Source: Candidatus Iainarchaeum sp. (GTDB lineage Archaea; Iainarchaeota; Iainarchaeia; Iainarchaeales; CSSED10-239). Taken from it: a stretch of 32,000 nucleotides of DNA. The notes under the pieces were generated by a model, which was not told the origin of the DNA, searched no databases, and worked only from the letters and a program-made list of their open reading frames with translations. Positions 26,467 to 32,000 of this stretch are shown piece after piece. The DNA lies in the NCBI GenBank assembly GCA_037441475.1, contig JBBISB010000001.1:456418-488417 (forward strand), written 5' to 3'. Position numbers and translations under genes: made by a program. Position 1 is the first letter of the stretch; each line of letters opens with the position of its first letter.

Positions 26467-28365
26467 ATGGGTTCATATCTTGATGATTTAATAGTAAAGT
26501 ACGAAGATGGAAAAAAAGAATCTCCGTCCTCTCCTAAAAAAGACGTTTCCTTAGACCTAGCTTCAAACGAAATAAAAAAAGAGGTTCCTCTTCAGAATAA
26601 TACCTATAAATCAACTATACTAGATATGCCTAATAACAAAGAAAGTAATATAGATAATTTTGCACCTAAAAGTAAAATGCTTGATCTTTCTGCACTCTCT
26701 TCTGAAAAACCAAAAACAGAAAATATAGTGATTGGAGATAGAGAAGAAAAACCATTAACTGATTTAGCAAAAAAATCAGAAATTCTTTTTGAAACAGAAG
26801 TATCTAAACAAAATAAACAAGATGCCTTAACAAAACTAAAGTCTTTAGAAAACAATTCTGAAATAAAGATATCTGAGCTTGATTATAAAAACGCCTCTTC
26901 TGGTTTTAAACAACAAGAGGAAAAAATAGAGGGGGCTACATTGATTACAAAGTATGGTGAAGTAAAGATATATAGATTAGATTCTCAATCCATCCTCCAC
27001 TATTCAATACCTGTACCAAAACCTAACCCAAGTCAAAAAATAATAATTAATACTTTAAAAGAAGCCACCACAAGATTAATTTCATCAGACCCTTATAAGA
27101 TAAGAGATCCTTTACAAAGAAAAAACATTTATTATCAAAAAGTAATTGATATTTTAGAAACAGCTCAAGAAATAAATATTCCAAAACACCTTTACCCTTT
27201 CTACGCAGGTGCTGTTGTAAAAGAGATGACTGGTTTTGGTGTTATTGAGCCTTTGCTTGAAGACGATAAGCTTGAAGAAATAATGATTGTTGGGCCTAAA
27301 AAACCAGTTTATGTCTTTCATGTAGATTATGGTATGATGACAACTAACATCATCTTCTATTCTGATGATGGTGTAAACGACATTATTGATAAAATCGCAA
27401 GATCTATTGGAAGAAATGTAGATGTTGCAAACCCTTTGCTTGATGCAAGACTTCCAGATGGTTCTCGTGTTAATGCAACTGTTCCTCCTGCATCAATTGA
27501 TGGTTCAACAATAACTATCAGAAAGTTTAGAGAGGATCCTTACACTATTGTAGATTTAATTAACTTTAAGACAATGAACCTAGAGGTAGCTTCTTTCTTA
27601 TGGTGTGCGGTTGAAGGTTTTGGTGCAAAGCCTGCAAACATCTTAATATCCGGTGGAACAGGTTCTGGAAAGACAACCACTTTAAATGTTCTTGCAAACT
27701 TTATACCAGAGGCTGACAGAATCCTAACTATTGAAGACACTGCTGAACTTAAGTTACCTATAAAGCATGTAATTAGGTTTGAGGGTAAGCCTCCTGGTCT
27801 TGAAGGAAAAGGAGAATTAAGCTTAGAGATTCTTACAAAAAACACCTTAAGAATGAGGCCAGATAGAATAATTGTTGGTGAAATAAGACATAAAGAGGCA
27901 ACTGCTCTCTTCACTGCCATGAACACTGGTCATGATGGGTGTATGGGAACTGTGCACGCAAACTCTGCTAAAGAAACCATAGTAAGATTAACTTCTCCTC
28001 CAATGGATGTTCCTCCATTAATGCTTGCTGGTATTGATTTCGTAATTATTCAAAAAAGATTAAGAACAGCTAAAGGACAAGTTAGAAGGATAACCGCAAT
28101 CGCAGAGATAAAGGGTGTTTTAGAAGGAGAACCAAAGATAAACCTGGTCTTTGTATGGAACCCTGAAACAGATACTTTAGAAAGAACAAACGAACCTATC
28201 CTTTACTTTGATTTAATTAAGACATACACAAACTTAACTGATCAAGATATTAAAAACAAGATAGCTCACAGAGCAGAACTTATACAAGAAATGATTAAAA
28301 AGAAGGTAAGAGATATTAAAGATGTTTCTTTTGAAATACAAAAAGAATATATATTAAGAAGATAG
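26467..28365 (+). CDS. Type IV filament assembly ATPase (FlaI/ArlI-PilB-TadA/CpaF family, VirB11-like)
   Basis: 632 aa. Walker A is ISGGTGSGKTTTLNVL. The Asp box and Walker B are ILTIEDTAEL and RPDRIIVGEIR. The His box is NTGHDGCMGTVHANS. A ~170-aa N-terminal low-complexity Lys/Glu/Ser-rich extension precedes the conserved domains. SD AGGTGA lies upstream. Confidence 0.9.
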   Translation: MGSYLDDLIVKYEDGKKESPSSPKKDVSLDLASNEIKKEVPLQNNTYKSTILDMPNNKESNIDNFAPKSKMLDLSALSSEKPKTENIVIGDREEKPLTDLAKKSEILFETEVSKQNKQDALTKLKSLENNSEIKISELDYKNASSGFKQQEEKIEGATLITKYGEVKIYRLDSQSILHYSIPVPKPNPSQKIIINTLKEATTRLISSDPYKIRDPLQRKNIYYQKVIDILETAQEINIPKHLYPFYAGAVVKEMTGFGVIEPLLEDDKLEEIMIVGPKKPVYVFHVDYGMMTTNIIFYSDDGVNDIIDKIARSIGRNVDVANPLLDARLPDGSRVNATVPPASIDGSTITIRKFREDPYTIVDLINFKTMNLEVASFLWCAVEGFGAKPANILISGGTGSGKTTTLNVLANFIPEADRILTIEDTAELKLPIKHVIRFEGKPPGLEGKGELSLEILTKNTLRMRPDRIIVGEIRHKEATALFTAMNTGHDGCMGTVHANSAKETIVRLTSPPMDVPPLMLAGIDFVIIQKRLRTAKGQVRRITAIAEIKGVLEGEPKINLVFVWNPETDTLERTNEPILYFDLIKTYTNLTDQDIKNKIAHRAELIQEMIKKKVRDIKDVSFEIQKEYILRR

Positions 28366-28409
28366 TATATATAGTATAATTTAAAACCATTTAGGAAATA
28401 TGTTTTATT

Positions 28410-29555
28410 ATGGACTCAAAGAAGTTAGAAATTTTAAAGAATGATTTGGCCTCATCAAAGGATCAAAACAAAGAATTAGATGTTGACTTAGATGCAGTTC
28501 AAAACATTGTAAAAAAAATGAAACAGAAGGATAAAAACATCACTGCTGATTCATTATCTGAGGGTCATTTAAAGGAACTTAGAGAGGTTATTTCCCAAGG
28601 AAGGTTATCTCAACTTGATGTTGATGCTGAAAGTAAATTATCAGCTAATACAGATGGGACTTTAGAGAAGAGTGCTGCAAAGTACTATAGGCCTTTTAAA
28701 GGTTTAATTGATTCCATTATTCTTTATATTCTTAAAAACCCTATAGGTAAAAAGATTTCCTTTTATTTAACTTCTGCAAACTATAAAAGAACATTAATAC
28801 AGCATCTTGTAATCTCAACAATCTTTGCATTAATGTTATCTGCATTCTTTTCCATATTTTTATTATTTGTTTTTATAGTTGTTAAACCAATATGGGCTGT
28901 TTCAGTAATTTTTATTTGGGTTTTTTTATTTATTTTATTTATTTTTATTTTTGCATATTTAATACCAATGCAGAAAGCAAAAATACGTGGAGTATATATT
29001 GATATTGAACTTCCATTTGCTTTAAGGCATATTGCAACTGAACTTCAAGCTGGTATTGGTCTTTACAAGGTTTTACAGTCTGTTGCTGCAAATGATTATG
29101 GTGTTCTATCAGAGGAGATGAACAGAACAATCTTAGAGATTGAGAATGGTACAGACACAAAGACAGCTTTAAGACATGCTGCCTTAAGAAGTCAATCTAA
29201 AAACTATAATATAGCTTTATTCCATATTGTAAGAACCCTTAACACCGGTGGTAACCTTGCAAACACAATCAGTAGTGTTGCAGATACAGTTTCTTTTGAT
29301 CTTTTAGAGTCTGCTAAGACTTTTGGTGAAAAGATGAATTTTTTCGGAATTATTTTTATTTTCATAGCAATTGTTTTACCTGTTTTTGCAGCAATTTTAG
29401 GTGCAATTGCAAATGCTCCATTAGGTCAAGATGGTGCGTTATTTTTACCAGGTGTAATGACTCCATTAACTTTAACTTTAATTTACTGTGTAGCACTTCC
29501 AATAATATTTATCTTCTTAGTATACTATATTAAGATGATTGAACCAAAGATGTGA
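28410..29555 (+). CDS. Type IV filament platform protein with a single T2SS-F domain (FlaJ/PilC half, TadB/TadC-like)
   Basis: 381 aa. It has a cytoplasmic N-terminal extension, then TM helices flanking a T2SS-F helical bundle (ELPFALRHIATELQAGIGLYKVLQSVA...ALRHAALRS...ALFHIVRTLNTGGNL), and C-terminal TM helices. Confidence 0.8.
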   Translation: MDSKKLEILKNDLASSKDQNKELDVDLDAVQNIVKKMKQKDKNITADSLSEGHLKELREVISQGRLSQLDVDAESKLSANTDGTLEKSAAKYYRPFKGLIDSIILYILKNPIGKKISFYLTSANYKRTLIQHLVISTIFALMLSAFFSIFLLFVFIVVKPIWAVSVIFIWVFLFILFIFIFAYLIPMQKAKIRGVYIDIELPFALRHIATELQAGIGLYKVLQSVAANDYGVLSEEMNRTILEIENGTDTKTALRHAALRSQSKNYNIALFHIVRTLNTGGNLANTISSVADTVSFDLLESAKTFGEKMNFFGIIFIFIAIVLPVFAAILGAIANAPLGQDGALFLPGVMTPLTLTLIYCVALPIIFIFLVYYIKMIEPKM

Positions 29556-29562
29556 TTTAAGA

Positions 29563-30459
29563 ATGGCAAATACATTAACTAGATATCAAGTATTTTTATA
29601 TACTTTAAAAATAAAGATTCCAGCAAGGGTATGGATAACTTTAATATTTTTAGCAAGTTTCTTTTTAGGTGTTTTAGGGTACTTGATTGATCTTAAGATA
29701 GGTATGTTATTTTTTGTAAATGGTTTGGTTTTAGGTATTGGTCTTCCAATGTATATTTACTTTAATAAAATAAGAACTATTGAAAGATACTGGCCAGATG
29801 CCTTAAAGTTAATTGCAGACACCATGAAGGCAGGTTCTTCCTTTGATTATGCTTTAAGAGAGGTTTCTACTGCTGATTTTGGTCCTCTTTCCTTTGAGAT
29901 TAATGAGGCTATAAGAAGACTTGAAATGGGGGCCACCACGTCTGTTGCCTTAAGTTACTTATCTATGAGAATAGAGTCTAAGATAGTTAGAAGAACAATT
30001 ACTTTAATACAAGAATCATTAAGAACCGGTGCACAACTTGCAGATGTTTTAGATGAAATTGCAAACGACACTAAACAACTTTTCAGAGTAAAGAAAGAAA
30101 GACAAACAAAAACAATGCTTCAAACAATTTTTATTGTTGCAGCATCTTCAATAGTTGCTCCTTTCATTTTTGGAATGACAAGAGTAATTACTGGTTTTTT
30201 AACCGATATTGCAACCTCTTCAGGTATTGCTTCAGCAAAGGCTTTAGCAGTTTCTTTAGATGCTCAAAAAACAATTTTCTTTTTATTAGATATATATATT
30301 GTTATACAGATATTTGCAGCTTCTACAATGATAAGTGTTATGAGGGAAGGAGACTTAAGTTACATAGTTTTATTTTTCCCTGTCTTAATAACCATAGGTT
30401 ACATTGTTTATTTTTTAGCTCAATTTGCATTGAACTTAATGCTTTCAGGAATGGTTTAA
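29563..30459 (+). CDS. Second platform protein with a single T2SS-F domain (TadB/TadC-like)
   Basis: The T2SS-F signature is YWPDALKLIADTMKAGSSFDYALREVS...AIRRLEMGATTSVAL...IQESLRTGAQLADVL, with flanking TM helices. The ORF track starts at 29539, overlapping the previous gene. ATG 29563 (MANTLTRYQ) is an equally plausible start. Confidence 0.8.
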   Translation: MANTLTRYQVFLYTLKIKIPARVWITLIFLASFFLGVLGYLIDLKIGMLFFVNGLVLGIGLPMYIYFNKIRTIERYWPDALKLIADTMKAGSSFDYALREVSTADFGPLSFEINEAIRRLEMGATTSVALSYLSMRIESKIVRRTITLIQESLRTGAQLADVLDEIANDTKQLFRVKKERQTKTMLQTIFIVAASSIVAPFIFGMTRVITGFLTDIATSSGIASAKALAVSLDAQKTIFFLLDIYIVIQIFAASTMISVMREGDLSYIVLFFPVLITIGYIVYFLAQFALNLMLSGMV

Positions 30460-30460
30460 A

Positions 30461-30640
30461 ATGAAGTCTAAGATAAAAAGATTAATTAAAGAGAATAAAG
30501 GACAAGTTTCCTTGGAGTTTATTATAGTTTTAGGAGTAGTTATCCTTGTTGCCTTAACTGTTGGTATTTTCTTGAAGCAGACTTCTTCAAAGAATGTAAG
30601 AACAGCAACAGAGTATCAAAAAAATTTTGACAATAGTTGA
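30461..30640 (+). CDS. Small pilin-like protein with a class III signal peptide (not in the ORF track, 59 aa)
   Basis: My own translation is MKSKIKRLIKENKGQVSLEFIIVLGVVILVALTVGIFLKQTSSKNVRTATEYQKNFDNS*. It has a basic leader, then KG-Q, then a hydrophobic helix, as in the two downstream pilins. The ATG lies 1 nt after the stop of the preceding platform gene, which suggests translational coupling. Confidence 0.7.
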   Translation: MKSKIKRLIKENKGQVSLEFIIVLGVVILVALTVGIFLKQTSSKNVRTATEYQKNFDNS

Positions 30641-30793
30641 ATATGAGGGTTTGGATTAATGAAAAGAAACATATATAAATATATCGTATGTATTATTTTA
30701 ATTAATTTAGCATTACATTAAAGAAAATCTTAAATGAAAAGATTATACACTTTATGTGTGATATTTAAAAAAAATAAGAAAGGTGTTTAAAAA

Positions 30794-31315
30794 ATGAATA
30801 AAAAATATAAAGGACAAGGTGCTTTAGAGTATCTTCTTTTAATAGGCGGTGCAGTATTAATCGCTGTTATTGTTATTGCATTACTTGTTGGTATGGGTGG
30901 ACAATCAAGAGATTCTGCTGCAGCTCAAGCTGAAAAGGCAAATCAAGCAACAGATGTTCCTCAACCATCACAAATAGTACAAGTTTTAGCTCCATACGCT
31001 AATTGTGTTTCAGCAACAGGCGTTGCAGATTTTACCTTCTCATGGAGGCCTTTAGGTGAAGGTGGAAGTCACGAAGTTATCGTAAAAGATTCAAATAATA
31101 AGGAATATACCGGCGCTGATTTAACAGTTACAACTTCTGCAGGTGTTGCAATGGTTACTGATGATTTAAATCCAAACGAAGTAAATGGTTTAAATGTTGC
31201 ATTAACATTAGATGCTGGTAGCAAATGTGGTGACTCATACTACTTATATATTAAAACAACAAAGAATAACCAAACAGTAACATCACAAGGTTATAGATTC
31301 AGTTGGATTAATTAA
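30794..31315 (+). CDS. Archaeal type IV pilin (class III signal peptide, Gln at +1)
   Basis: The N-terminus is MNKKYKGQGALEYLLLIGGAVLIAVIVIALLVG. It is followed by a ~130-aa beta-rich globular domain with two Cys. SD-like AGGTG lies 8 nt upstream. A hairpin plus T-tract lies downstream. Confidence 0.85.
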   Translation: MNKKYKGQGALEYLLLIGGAVLIAVIVIALLVGMGGQSRDSAAAQAEKANQATDVPQPSQIVQVLAPYANCVSATGVADFTFSWRPLGEGGSHEVIVKDSNNKEYTGADLTVTTSAGVAMVTDDLNPNEVNGLNVALTLDAGSKCGDSYYLYIKTTKNNQTVTSQGYRFSWIN

Positions 31316-31328
31316 GTAGTAAGTTAAG

Positions 31329-31360
31329 AATATAGCTTTTAAGCTATATTTTTTTATTTT
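31329..31360 (+). terminator. Hairpin plus oligo-T after the first pilin gene
   Basis: AATATAGCTT-TT-AAGCTATATT has perfect 10-nt inverted arms at 31329-31350. It runs into TTTTTTT and TTTT tracts up to 31360. Confidence 0.55.
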
Positions 31361-31507
31361 CACAAAAGTATTTTAAAAAAACAAAATCAGTTATTTAAAT
31401 TAAAACAATATCAGTAAAAAACCTAACAAAAATTAAAATTATATTTATTAAAGAAATATTATTAAAAAAATAAAAATTATAAAAAATTAAAAAGAGGCGA
31501 AAATATT

Positions 31508-31948
31508 ATGTTTTTTTCAAAAGACAAATCAAAAGGACAAGGTGCCTTAGAATATTTATTAATTATTGGTGGTGCACTTGTTGTTGCAGTAACAGTAATT
31601 GTTTTAGTTGTTAGTATGAGCGGATCTAATAGAGATAAAGTTGCTGCTCAAGATGAAACACTTTCACAAGTAATCGATAACACAATAACCCCTCCTATAG
31701 TAAACATTATAGATTGTACTACAACTCAAATTAGATTTACCTTAAATTCTAGTGATACTGTATTCAGTTATGTTGTTAACGGCGGGACTCCTACTACTGT
31801 GCCTGGAGCTGTAAATGGTGTTTACACAATTTCAGGAATTAGTCCGGCAGTAACTTCTGGTAATAGACATACTTTAACTGTAGCAACAGTTAAGGGCACT
31901 AAAATGTCAGCCTTCTCAAAACCAGCATCAACATGTAGAGTGCCATAA
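31508..31948 (+). CDS. Archaeal type IV pilin paralogue (class III signal peptide, Gln at +1)
   Basis: The N-terminus MFFSKDKSKGQGALEYLLIIGGALVVAVTVIVLVVS is nearly identical to that of 30794-31315. The C-terminal domain is divergent, Thr/Val-rich and has two Cys. SD-like AGAGG lies upstream. Confidence 0.85.
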   Translation: MFFSKDKSKGQGALEYLLIIGGALVVAVTVIVLVVSMSGSNRDKVAAQDETLSQVIDNTITPPIVNIIDCTTTQIRFTLNSSDTVFSYVVNGGTPTTVPGAVNGVYTISGISPAVTSGNRHTLTVATVKGTKMSAFSKPASTCRVP

Positions 31949-32000
31949 ATATAAAATGAGTTTGAAACAAATATGATATATAAAAAATTACAAGATATTC

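Noticed and set aside
31973-32000. ATG at 31973 (MIYKKLQDI...) as the start of the next gene in the pilus locus
   Set aside because: Only nine codons are visible before the window ends, which is too little to support a call.

Overview
This is an AT-rich archaeal chromosomal window. The informational genes are archaeal: TFE-alpha, RFC small subunit, Cdc48/VCP, a XerA-like recombinase, aTrm56, and an initiator tRNA with an A1:U72 pair. Secreted proteins carry class III (archaeal type IV pilin) signal peptides. Gene content, compactness and low GC suggest a small-genome, DPANN-like archaeon, but that is inference. Left to right the window holds: a fragmented ORF; a surface-anchored protein; a bacterial-type mutS-mutL pair; a tRNA-Phe/Lys/Lys cluster; a disrupted trm56; tfe; and tRNA-iMet. 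Next comes a roughly 490 bp non-coding region packed with the palindrome GTAATTAC, which brackets an orphan wHTH gene and is followed by a second orphan gene. The window continues with a PRC-barrel protein; xerA; a cobO-nrdJ-dut nucleotide module; cdc48; a heavily decayed PLP-enzyme pseudogene; topA; an Lrp/AsnC regulator; membrane proteins; a radical-SAM tRNA methylthiotransferase; a frameshifted SpoIIM-like gene; and rfcS. It ends in a type IV pilus locus with a FlaI/TadA-like ATPase, two separate T2SS-F platform genes and three pilins. The items most worth a second look are: (i) the GTAATTAC array around the wHTH gene beside tRNA-iMet; (ii) four disrupted genes in 32 kb, including the near-universal archaeal trm56, which has TAA exactly at a conserved Gln codon; (iii) the Tad/Epd-like pilus locus. 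No CRISPR array, transposase or obvious defence system was recognised.
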